This document shows, in pieces, positions 5,298-14,269 of a stretch of DNA of 21,531 nucleotides. Location: positions 1 through 21,531 of the forward strand of contig JAQBGU010000192.1 of the NCBI GenBank assembly GCA_032128375.1, in the 5' to 3' direction. Positions within the stretch are counted from its first letter, which is position 1, and every line of letters begins with the position of its first letter. The DNA is from Deltaproteobacteria bacterium (GTDB taxonomy: Bacteria; Myxococcota_A; UBA9160; SMWR01). The notes beneath the pieces were generated by a model that ran no database searches, was not told the DNA's origin, and saw only the letters and a program-made list of their open reading frames with translations. Both the position numbers and the translations under genes were made by a program.

Positions 5298-7658
5298 TCA
5301 CAGACGCGCCTTGATGAGCAGAGCCGGCAACAAGATCAGATCGTTGGCGAGGCAGATGGCCATCGTCACCGCGGACAGCACGCCGAACTCGCGCAGCGAC
5401 GCGAAGCCTGAAAGCGATACGACTGCGAAGCCGAACAACAGCGTCGCCGCGGCGATGAAGATGGGTCGACCTGCGCTTTGATTGCAGCGATGGACGGCCT
5501 CTTCGGGTGATGCCCCCGCGAGCCGCTCGGCGCGATAGCGCACGAGGTAGTGGGCGGTGGCATCGATCGCGATGCCCAGCGCCACGCTCGCGATCAGGCT
5601 CGTTGGAACCGAAAGCGGCGCTGCACCGGCGCCGAGCAAGCCGAAGAACAACAGCACCGGAACGATGTTCGGCAGCATCGCGATCCACCCGAACCGAAGC
5701 GACCGCAACGACCCTGCGACCAACACGAAAATCGCCACCGCCGCCACACCCACCGTACGTGGCTGACCGGACGCGATCCCGTCAGCGCTGCGCGAGAGCA
5801 ACACCGTATTGCCGGTGATCTCGAAGTCCATTCCTGGCGGAATCCCCACCTCGTCGATTACCTGTCCAACCTTCTCGACCAGCGTGCCGATCGCCGCCGA
5901 GCCGATCTCTCCGGTTCGGATGATGATATTGGCGCGACTCTGGTTGACGTTCGAAACGCGGGAGAGATCGCCTTTGGGAATCAGGTGGATCACCTCGGCG
6001 ACACCGGCGCGCGAATCTGGAATGCGTTCGTACGCGGGGTCATCGCCGGCAACGACGCGGTGGAGTACGCGGATGAAGTCGACCATCGACGTGGTGCGAC
6101 TCACGCCCGGGATGGCGTCGAAGCGTGCCTGCAGACGCTCGAGTGCGCGCAGGTTCGCGGGTTCCCGAAACGCCCCGACGCCGATGTCACTGAAGACGAC
6201 GTAGATCGGCACCGCTCCCGACAGCAGCCGATTGACGGCTTCGAAATCGGTGCGGACTTTCGAGCGCGGGTCGAAAAACGACAAATAGTCGGTGTCGACG
6301 ACAATGCCCGGAATCGCGATGGCTGCCGCGACGGAAACGCTTCCCCAGGCCACCAGCACAGCGGATGCGTGTCGAGTCGTCAGGTTCCCCAGCCCGCGGA
6401 GCGCGGCTTCCAATGGATGCTGTAACGCCGCAGTCAGCGCAGAACTCTTCGGCGGTCGGTCGGCGATGCTGGGGAGGACCAGCAGCGTGGCTGGGAGTGC
6501 TGTGAGTGTGAGAAGCGTGAGGCAGCCGACGCCGAACACCGAGAAAGCGCCGAGTTCGAAGACCGCCGGGACGTCACTGATGCACAGCGCCGCAAAGCCA
6601 ATCGCCGTTGTCAAACCCGAGATCATCACGGGGGAGCGCATCGCGTGAAGACAGGCGACGACGGCTTCTGTGCCCCGCAGCCCGTCGCGCACCTCTTCGG
6701 CGTGCCGCGACAGCAGGTGCACTCCATACGCGCTCCCGATCGCGATCAATACCGGAGCGAGCAAGACCGTCAGCACTGTGAGTGGGAGTTCCAGCCATGC
6801 GATGGCGGCGAACGTCCACAGGGTCGCCAACAGAACCACACCGAGCGGCAGAACCACCATGCGAAGGGAACCGAACAGCAGATACAACACCAACGCCACG
6901 ACCCCGATGGCGATTGGGATCAGCTGTTGGAGGTCGCGCAGCATCAACGCATAGACACGGCTCTTTACGTGCGGCCGACCGGCGACGTAGAAGCGTCGAC
7001 CGTCTCGTTCTTCTTGCGCGATGATTCCGCTGATGCGCTCGTCGAAGCGGCCTTCGATGAATTCGCGGTCGCTCATCTTGTGAAACGAGATGTTGATCGC
7101 GGCGACGCGGGCGTCGGGTGAGATGATCGTTCGCACGAACAGCGGGTCACTGATGGCGTGGTCGCGCAATTCTGCGAGCTTGACAGGGTCGGTCGGGATG
7201 TCTTCGATGAACGGGCCGATGTCGATCCAGTTGTTTTCAACGTCGAACCGGAACGCCGTGACGTCGACCAGGCTCTTCACCGAGCGCACACCGTCCATGT
7301 GGGCGATGCGATCGGTGGTGCGTCGCAGCGCCAACAGGTTCTCGTAGTCGAAGATTCGGTCGGCCTCGACCGCGATCACGTAGATCTCGTCGTCTCCAAA
7401 CTCGAGTACGGCGGAGCGGTAGGTGTCCTGCGCGGGGTCTCCGGCGGGTAGCAGGGGCTCGCTCGATGGGTCGAGACGAAGGCGCAGCCCGACCGGCGAA
7501 AGCGAAACCAGCGCGGCCATCGCGATGACGGTGATCGCCGCGGTGACCCCCAGTACGCTCTTCGGGACGCGGCAGATCCACTCTGGTCGCAGGCAGGATA
7601 CACACAGAAGTGCTGATATCACACCGGCGATACACACGCTGAACATCAGCGGCTGCAA
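5298..7658 (-). CDS. MMPL/RND-superfamily transporter (about 786 aa; start TTG 7658 or ATG 7646)
   Basis: Two repeats of TM1, periplasmic domain and five TMs. Motifs IAIGSAYGVH, LTTAIGFAAL, GIAIDATAH and F.SLREFG. The ORF-track extension to 7943 looks non-coding. Confidence 0.9.
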   Translation of the reverse strand: MQPLMFSVCIAGVISALLCVSCLRPEWICRVPKSVLGVTAAITVIAMAALVSLSPVGLRLRLDPSSEPLLPAGDPAQDTYRSAVLEFGDDEIYVIAVEADRIFDYENLLALRRTTDRIAHMDGVRSVKSLVDVTAFRFDVENNWIDIGPFIEDIPTDPVKLAELRDHAISDPLFVRTIISPDARVAAINISFHKMSDREFIEGRFDERISGIIAQEERDGRRFYVAGRPHVKSRVYALMLRDLQQLIPIAIGVVALVLYLLFGSLRMVVLPLGVVLLATLWTFAAIAWLELPLTVLTVLLAPVLIAIGSAYGVHLLSRHAEEVRDGLRGTEAVVACLHAMRSPVMISGLTTAIGFAALCISDVPAVFELGAFSVFGVGCLTLLTLTALPATLLVLPSIADRPPKSSALTAALQHPLEAALRGLGNLTTRHASAVLVAWGSVSVAAAIAIPGIVVDTDYLSFFDPRSKVRTDFEAVNRLLSGAVPIYVVFSDIGVGAFREPANLRALERLQARFDAIPGVSRTTSMVDFIRVLHRVVAGDDPAYERIPDSRAGVAEVIHLIPKGDLSRVSNVNQSRANIIIRTGEIGSAAIGTLVEKVGQVIDEVGIPPGMDFEITGNTVLLSRSADGIASGQPRTVGVAAVAIFVLVAGSLRSLRFGWIAMLPNIVPVLLFFGLLGAGAAPLSVPTSLIASVALGIAIDATAHYLVRYRAERLAGASPEEAVHRCNQSAGRPIFIAAATLLFGFAVVSLSGFASLREFGVLSAVTMAICLANDLILLPALLIKARL

Positions 7659-8036
7659 GAGGATCCCCCCGTCGGCCCCGCCCGTCGAACGCAGATCATA
7701 CTCGCGAACTCTGCGTTGTGGGTGGTCAACAACGGATGGACGCTTGGCCAACTTATTCAAATTGGATATTTTTTCCGCCTTCAGGCGCACTGGAGGTGCT
7801 CGGGCCGGAAGAGATAGGCACTGCAAGGCTTTCCGCGCCACCTCCGGGTCGGCCATCGCGGCCAGGGTCATTGCTATACCTTGCCAGAGCACCTGAAGAG
7901 AGCGTCTTTGTCGACCTTTCAAGTGGGCCTCTTCTCCATGCATCCGGAAAAGGAATTGCGTTCGCCTTCGTCATCGACTCCCGAATTGGAGCGGTCGCCC
8001 TGATCCGCCCGCGCGATCGGGGCTAGGATCGGAATC

Positions 8037-9371
8037 GTGATCTTTCGCGCGCTGTCTCCGCTCGTCCTGTTGATTGTCGGTTCGTGCTCACCGGCGCTCG
8101 AACCGCCGCGGCATCTCGTACTGGTGACGATCGACACATTGCGACAGGACCGGATCGGCGCGTATGGACACGTCGATGCGCGAACCCCTCACATCGATGC
8201 GCTCGCGGCACGCGGAATCCGCTTCGACGACGCGATCTCGCAAGCGATCACCACGCCTCCGAGTCATGCGTCCATCCTGACCGGGCTCGCGCCTACCACC
8301 CATGGTCTCACACAGTTGCGTGGAGAGCGTCTCCCGGATCGGAATCGCACTCTGGCCGAGATTCTGTCTGATGCGGGGTTCGAGACCGCCGCCTTCGTGA
8401 GTGCAATTCCGCTTCGGAGGGACGTGGGGCTCGATCAAGGATTCATGCGCTACGACGACCACGGCCTGCAGTGGAAAAATCGCACACGAAGTGCCGCCGA
8501 AACGAACATTCGCGTGAAGCGTTGGATCGATGGCCCGCACCCGGATCGCGTCTTCCTATGGGTGCACTATTTCGAGCCGCACTTCCCCTATGTGCCGCCT
8601 GAGCCCTACCGCGCGGCATTTCGGCGGCGCGATGACCCGCTCGGCGCGAAGCCGCTGAACGCGTACGGGAGCGACGCAAGCCTTCCGCGGGATGTCGTCG
8701 AGGCAGTGAAGCGACTCTACGATGGCGAGGTCGCGGTAGGCGATGCCGCATTCGGCGAACTTCTCGCATTCCTGTCGGCTGCGAGAATCCTCGATGACGC
8801 AATCGTCGCCGTCGTCGCGGACCACGGCGAGAGCCTCGGTGAGCGCGGCTACTACTTCGGACACTGGGACGTGTTCGATGAGACGGCTCGCGTGCCGTTG
8901 GTGATCGCTCGTCCCGACGGACGCTTCGCGGGTAGCCTCGTCAAGGACCCGGTCGCGAGCACTGATCTGATGCCGACGTTACTCGCCTGGCTCGACGTTC
9001 CGACCCCACCCGAAGTCGAAGGCATCGATCTCACACCCACTCTCGAACGCGGAACTGGGGATCCGCGACGCATTGTCTACACTGAACGAAGTCAGTTCAT
9101 GAAGCCGACGATCCGTTCTGTGCGCGACGGGCGCTGGCTCCTCGTTCATCGTCTGAACTCGGAACCGCGCTTCTACGACCGACTGACGGGCAACGAGGCG
9201 AGTGTCCCTGCGGCCGAAGGGAGTCTGTTGCTGACCGCGCTGGAGGGCTACGAGACGCGAGCGCTCGCGACACGATCCGCCCCTGGACACGTGAGCGAGA
9301 AAGTTTCGGCCCAGCTTCGCGCGCTGGGCTACGCGGATACCGCGGTCGACGAGGCGCCGACGGACGAATGA
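8037..9371 (+). CDS. Sulfatase-like hydrolase/transferase, predicted lipoprotein (444 aa)
   Basis: Lipobox-like VGSC, IDTLRQD, TPHIDALA..G.RF, TPPSHASILTG, HYFEPH.PY, ADHGE, RVPL and C-terminal QLRALGY. Confidence 0.9.
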   Translation: MIFRALSPLVLLIVGSCSPALEPPRHLVLVTIDTLRQDRIGAYGHVDARTPHIDALAARGIRFDDAISQAITTPPSHASILTGLAPTTHGLTQLRGERLPDRNRTLAEILSDAGFETAAFVSAIPLRRDVGLDQGFMRYDDHGLQWKNRTRSAAETNIRVKRWIDGPHPDRVFLWVHYFEPHFPYVPPEPYRAAFRRRDDPLGAKPLNAYGSDASLPRDVVEAVKRLYDGEVAVGDAAFGELLAFLSAARILDDAIVAVVADHGESLGERGYYFGHWDVFDETARVPLVIARPDGRFAGSLVKDPVASTDLMPTLLAWLDVPTPPEVEGIDLTPTLERGTGDPRRIVYTERSQFMKPTIRSVRDGRWLLVHRLNSEPRFYDRLTGNEASVPAAEGSLLLTALEGYETRALATRSAPGHVSEKVSAQLRALGYADTAVDEAPTDE

Positions 9372-9610
9372 ATCTGCGCCGGCGGGTCACGGCCTCAGAT
9401 CCTCGGCGCGTACGGGTTCATCCCCGTTTCCATGTTGGGGTGCCGGCCAACGGATCCGGCGATCAGCTGCGCGAGCAACTGCACGGCACTGCGAGACGAC
9501 GTTTGTTTCATTGGAGAACTTCACGAGCCCACAGCGCTTACCGAGTGTCGGGATCGGTTGTACATTGCCCGCTCGCCACGCTCCCTTACATTCCTGGAGA
9601 CCCCTCAACC

Positions 9611-11647
9611 ATGTCCAGCGAGCTATCACCGGTGCTGCGCGAAAAGATCGAGAGCACGCTGCGCTTTTTGACGATGGACGCGGTTCAGAAGGCGGGCATC
9701 GGCCACATTGGAGCCCCGCTCGCACTGGCGCGACCGGCGTTCGAGCTGTGGGACCAGCTGCTGCGCTTCGATCCTGGCGATCCCAGTTGGCCGCTGCGCG
9801 ACCGCTTCGTGTTGTCGAACGGCCATGCATCGATGTTGCTCTACGGGCTGCTTCATCTGTTCGGTTTCGATCTGTCGCTAGACGACATCAAGAATTTTCG
9901 TCAGCTCGGCTCGCGTACGCCCGGTCACCCGGAGTACGGGGAAACGGCGGGAGTCGAAGTCACCACGGGCCCGCTCGGTCAGGGCTTCGCGCACGCCGTT
10001 GGCATGGCGCTCGCCGGGCGCCTCACGCGCGCGCGGTTCGGTGGAGGCGACGACGGGCCCGGCAACCACCGGGTGTATGGATTTCTGAGTGATGGCGACT
10101 TGATGGAAGGCATCTCGTCAGAGGCGGCGTCTTTCGCCGGACACAACGCGCTCGGCAATCTGATCTTCTTCTATGACGACAACCAGATCACGATCGATGG
10201 CCCCACGCATATCGCGTTCAGCGAAGATGCGGCGAAGCGGTTCGAGTCCCACGGCTGGCACGTCGAGTCTATCGATGGCCAGGATCTGGACGGGATTCGG
10301 GGCGCTGTGTCTGCGGCGCAGGCCGAAACGGAACGACCGTCGCTGATCATCACGCGCACGCAGATCGGCCTGGGAGCGCCGAACTTCGCAGGCAAGAACA
10401 AGGCGCACGGGGGACCCTATGGCGAGGACGAAAACGCGCTGGCGAAGCGGGAAGCGGGTTGGCCCGTCGATGCCCAGTTCCTGGTGCCGGACGACGTTCG
10501 CGCGTATCTCGCGACGCGCATCGAGGCGAAGAAGCAGGAACGTCTCGGCGCCGATTCCAGGTTGAAGGCGTGGCGCAGTGCCAACCCCGAACGCGCGCAA
10601 GCGTGGGATGCGGCGCGCGATCGGCGGATGCCGAGCGACCTCGCTGAGCTTCTCGCCGAGGGGATGGCGGGGGTCGCCTCCGCGACGAGAAAACACTCGG
10701 GCAAAGTTCTCGAACGCCTTTGGGATCACGTGCCGTATCTGGTCGGTGGTTCGGCCGACTTGGCCGGTTCGGGAGCACCCCCGCTGGTGACCCGGGCGGG
10801 TGTCGTGGGGCGGGGTGCCGACGCCGGCGAAGATCCCTTCGCCGGCGGAAACATCCACTTCGGTGTGCGCGAACACGCGATGGCGGCAATCACAAACGGC
10901 ATCGCGCTCGACGGCACCTTGGTTGCGTACTCGGGCACCTTCCTGATTTTCAGCGACTACATGCGTCCGTCGATCCGATTGGCCGCTCTGATGAAAGTGC
11001 GGTCGATCTTCGTGTTCACGCACGATTCGATCTTCGTGGGGGAAGACGGTCCGACCCACCAGCCCGTCGAGCAGCTCGACTCACTGCGCGCGATTCCGGG
11101 TCTGCGGGTCTTCCGTCCAGCGGACGGCATCGAGACGGCCTTGGCGTACAGCTGGATCCTGGAGCGCGCGGAAGGGCCGGCGATGCTCTCGCTCACACGC
11201 CAGGACGTCGATGCCATCGAGCGCTGCGAGCCCTTCGAACTGCGCGACGTTTGGCGGGGCGGCTACGCGGTTCGCCAGCCGGCTTCTGAGAAGCCCGACG
11301 TGATCATCGCGGCCAGTGGCTCCGAGGTATCGCTGGCGTGCAAAGCAGCGGACGAACTCGCGGCTGACGGCATCGACGCGCGCGTCGTATCGATGCCGTG
11401 CATCGAGCTCTTTCTCGAGCAGCCGCAGGACTATCAGGACAGCTTGATTCCCGACGACGGCACGCCACTCGTCGCCGTAGAAGCGAGCCGCGCAGAGAGC
11501 TTCCGCCCACTGGTGGGTCGGCGCGGCCTCATCTGGGGGATCAAGACCTTCGGCGCTTCGGCACCTTTTCAAGATCTCGCGGATCATTTCGGCTTCGTGC
11601 CAGACAAGCTCGCGGCCGGCATTCGCGCCCACGTCGAGCAGAGCTGA
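9611..11647 (+). CDS. tkt: Transketolase (678 aa)
   Basis: RDRFVLSNGH, TPGHPE, TTGPLGQG, TPP motif SDGDLMEG...DDN, GGSADL, FGVREHAM, THDSI.VGEDGPTHQP and FGASAP. GGAG upstream of ATG 9611. Confidence 0.97.
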   Translation: MSSELSPVLREKIESTLRFLTMDAVQKAGIGHIGAPLALARPAFELWDQLLRFDPGDPSWPLRDRFVLSNGHASMLLYGLLHLFGFDLSLDDIKNFRQLGSRTPGHPEYGETAGVEVTTGPLGQGFAHAVGMALAGRLTRARFGGGDDGPGNHRVYGFLSDGDLMEGISSEAASFAGHNALGNLIFFYDDNQITIDGPTHIAFSEDAAKRFESHGWHVESIDGQDLDGIRGAVSAAQAETERPSLIITRTQIGLGAPNFAGKNKAHGGPYGEDENALAKREAGWPVDAQFLVPDDVRAYLATRIEAKKQERLGADSRLKAWRSANPERAQAWDAARDRRMPSDLAELLAEGMAGVASATRKHSGKVLERLWDHVPYLVGGSADLAGSGAPPLVTRAGVVGRGADAGEDPFAGGNIHFGVREHAMAAITNGIALDGTLVAYSGTFLIFSDYMRPSIRLAALMKVRSIFVFTHDSIFVGEDGPTHQPVEQLDSLRAIPGLRVFRPADGIETALAYSWILERAEGPAMLSLTRQDVDAIERCEPFELRDVWRGGYAVRQPASEKPDVIIAASGSEVSLACKAADELAADGIDARVVSMPCIELFLEQPQDYQDSLIPDDGTPLVAVEASRAESFRPLVGRRGLIWGIKTFGASAPFQDLADHFGFVPDKLAAGIRAHVEQS

Positions 11648-11730
11648 GCGCGGTTGCAAGTGCAAGCGACGCCCAGGGCGCCGTTTGAACCGACCAACGA
11701 TGTACCTGCGCCCAGGCAAGAGGAGAGGTC

Positions 11731-12135
11731 GTGCGGGTCCTGAAGGTGTTGGCCGTCATGGTTGGGGTCGTCGTGGTCGCAGGGGCGGGCTTGATGGTGG
11801 CGTCGGAATCCCAGGAGGTGGTCGTGCTGCACAGCACGACTGCGTCAGGCGAAACAAACGAGACACGCCTCTGGGTGGTCGACGACGGGGAGACGGCCTG
11901 GCTGCGTTCCGGGGGTGCCAAGCGCCCATGGTTGGCCGATGTGCGCGGGAATCCCCACGTGATGCTCGAGCGTGGTGACACGCGCATGAAGTATCGGGCA
12001 GTAGAAGGCGATGCTGTGGCGCGCAGCCTGGTGGACACACTCATGCGCGAGAAGTATGGACTCGTCGACGCGATCATTCTGGGCCTCGAAGGCTCGCCGA
12101 GCACCTTCCCGGTGCGTCTAGAGCCTTCGCCTTAG
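11731..12135 (+). CDS. Membrane-anchored split-barrel (nitroreductase/deazaflavin-dependent oxidoreductase-like) protein (134 aa)
   Basis: AGGAGAGG SD before GTG. N-terminal TM, then L.ST..SG...TRLWVV, W...VR.NP.V, EKYG and PVRL. Confidence 0.65.
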   Translation: MRVLKVLAVMVGVVVVAGAGLMVASESQEVVVLHSTTASGETNETRLWVVDDGETAWLRSGGAKRPWLADVRGNPHVMLERGDTRMKYRAVEGDAVARSLVDTLMREKYGLVDAIILGLEGSPSTFPVRLEPSP

Positions 12136-12171
12136 GCGTGAGCGTCGTCGAGAAGCCTCTAAGCCGTTCGG

Positions 12172-12648
12172 TCACCCGATCGCGGCCAGCACTTCCCTCG
12201 CTGCACGCGAATTTTCCTCTTCGAGTGCACTGCAGCGTGCGAGAGTGTCCTTTTCCGTGCCGTTCTCGAAGGCCGACGCAATGTTGACCCAGGCGGCCGC
12301 GCCCTGGAGTTCCGCCTCGGATTGTAGGTAGAGCTGGTCCAACACCGGGTGCGCTGCGAACGCGTCATGGTAGATGACAATCGCTACGGGCAGCGCTTTG
12401 TCGACGGCGTCTCGGCCGGCAGTATCAAGCGGGAACAGACCGGCGACGGAATCGGCGATCTCGTCCTCGCGGTGCGCGCAGGCCAGCAGTGCCGCCTCAT
12501 GCTCGGGAAGTTCGATCGCCCAGGCCCGATAGCGTCCGGCGGCGGCCCGCTCGAGTCCACATAGCAATGCGGGTCGCGCTGCATCGGGAAGCGACGCGAT
12601 TGCGGGTGCCAGCAACACAGCAAAGTCAGGAACCTCGGGGGTGGACAT
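12172..12648 (-). CDS. Hypothetical helical, ferritin-like protein (158 aa)
   Basis: AAGGAG before ATG 12648. Two-fold pattern LERAAAGRY...REDEIA / AELQGAAAW...LEEENS suggests a four-helix bundle. Confidence 0.6.
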   Translation of the reverse strand: MSTPEVPDFAVLLAPAIASLPDAARPALLCGLERAAAGRYRAWAIELPEHEAALLACAHREDEIADSVAGLFPLDTAGRDAVDKALPVAIVIYHDAFAAHPVLDQLYLQSEAELQGAAAWVNIASAFENGTEKDTLARCSALEEENSRAAREVLAAIG

Positions 12649-12925
12649 GACGGATTCTCCTTGGGGGTCTGACTGGATAGAGTACGGCGCGACGTGCAGC
12701 CAACGGTCGCGTGGCGGCGAGGTTGTAGTCAACCGACGGTAGCATCGGTAAAGCCGTCGTTCCGATCAGGTCGCGGGGAGCATGTCATTCCGAACGGGTT
12801 CGGCGATGAGGTCGCAAAGGCGTAGTGGCGGAATTCCGGGTCTGCAGAAAATGCGCAACGCTGTTCGACGAAACACGCGCTGAGAGCAGCAGCGGCCGCG
12901 ACCTTCGCGTCGTAGACTCCGCGGC

Positions 12926-14269
12926 ATGTCCGATCAATATCGCCTCTTCTCGTGGGAGCACAGCTACTTCTCTGGGAAGGTCCGCGCCTACCTTCGCTAC
13001 AAGGACCACTTTGGCGCGCTGGGTCCGGGCTACGAGGACATCCTTGCTTCGGCGGATCTGATCGCCGCTGTTCTGGTTCCCGCCACCCAGTCGAATGCGG
13101 TCCCGCAGCTCCGAGCACCCGACGGCACTTTCGTGCAGGATTCGAGCGAGATCATCGACTACTGCGAACGGACTCATCCCGAGCAGCCGGTCATTCCCGA
13201 TCCTGGCAGGCGACCGCGCCAGTGCCTGGCGTCCTACCTGATCGAACTGCTCGCTGACGAATGGATGGTTGTCTACGGGTTCTGGGAGCGCTGGCACTAC
13301 TCGATTGAAGGTGTCGAGCCGAATCAGTTCCTGTTCAACGCACAACAGTGGGCACCGGCGTTTCAGCCAGACGCCGATGGGAGCACCCGTCGCGCGTTCG
13401 CCGAGCGGATGCTTTCAGACATGCTCGGAGTGAAGGATGCCGAGACGAATCCGCGCGGCGTCTACGCGGGCTTGCTGGCGATGGGGGTCACGAAACGCAC
13501 CGAAGGCGCCTGGGAAGCCAGCAACGACCATCTTCTGGGGCTGCTCGAAAAGCACTTCGATGCCCACGACTTCGTGTTCGGAGGCTTGCCTTCACTGGCA
13601 GATTTCGGGTTGATGGGGCCGCTATACGCACATCTGTTCAGGGACCCGGTTCCCGGCTTTGCGATGCGAACCCGCTTCCCGCTGGTCGCGGAGTGGGTCG
13701 AGCGGACCAACGGGAACAACGCACTCAACGCGCGCAGTTACAATCAGAAGCTGTATTCACCCGGCGCGGACGGCGAACTGGTCGCGCGCCCGGCGACCAG
13801 TCACGGCGGGCAGTGGATGTCTGACGATACGCTGCCCGATACGCTTCTCGACGTCCTCAACGTGTTTTTCCGCGAGATGTGGCCGGTGCTCGAAAGTTCG
13901 CTCGAACGCGTGGGGGCGTTCGTGGCCAGCGGCGAACTCGGTGCGGAGCGTGAACTACCCGGCAAGACCTTCACGCCGACACCCGGCTTCGAGGCGCTGC
14001 AGACGGGAGACGGTCCGCTCACTCACGAGTTCGAAATCGGCGGCGTGCGGGAGCGGCGCATGGTCTTGCCTTATCACGTGTGGATGTTGCAGCGAGTTTC
14101 GGACGCGCTGCGAGCGTGCACGGCCTCGGCGGCCGGGCGCGATGCCGTCCAGGGGATGCTCAGTCAACTCGACGGTGGCACGGCGCTACTCGATCTCGAT
14201 CAGAAACTCGCGGGATGTCGCGTCCGAAAGATCGGTGGGCGATTGTTCAGCGAAGTCTCTTCCGCTTGA
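12926..14269 (+). CDS. Glutathione S-transferase family protein (447 aa)
   Basis: N-terminal SYFSGKVRAYLRYK, VPQL, QDSSEII, and C-domain FVFGGLPSLADFGLMGPLYAHL.RDP. Confidence 0.88.
   Translation: MSDQYRLFSWEHSYFSGKVRAYLRYKDHFGALGPGYEDILASADLIAAVLVPATQSNAVPQLRAPDGTFVQDSSEIIDYCERTHPEQPVIPDPGRRPRQCLASYLIELLADEWMVVYGFWERWHYSIEGVEPNQFLFNAQQWAPAFQPDADGSTRRAFAERMLSDMLGVKDAETNPRGVYAGLLAMGVTKRTEGAWEASNDHLLGLLEKHFDAHDFVFGGLPSLADFGLMGPLYAHLFRDPVPGFAMRTRFPLVAEWVERTNGNNALNARSYNQKLYSPGADGELVARPATSHGGQWMSDDTLPDTLLDVLNVFFREMWPVLESSLERVGAFVASGELGAERELPGKTFTPTPGFEALQTGDGPLTHEFEIGGVRERRMVLPYHVWMLQRVSDALRACTASAAGRDAVQGMLSQLDGGTALLDLDQKLAGCRVRKIGGRLFSEVSSA

Noticed and set aside
7659..7943. N-terminal extension of the MMPL ORF and a sigma54-like TGGCAAGGTATAGC (minus strand, about 7873-7886)
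   Set aside because: The extension has no membrane-protein character, and the GG-GC spacing is 9 rather than the required 10.
9368..9610. 81-aa extension of transketolase
   Set aside because: Homology and the SD start at ATG 9611.
10118..11059. 313-aa antisense ORF within tkt (similarly 13659..14714 and 19299..20366)
   Set aside because: Typical stop-poor alternative frames in GC-rich genes, with no recognisable motifs.
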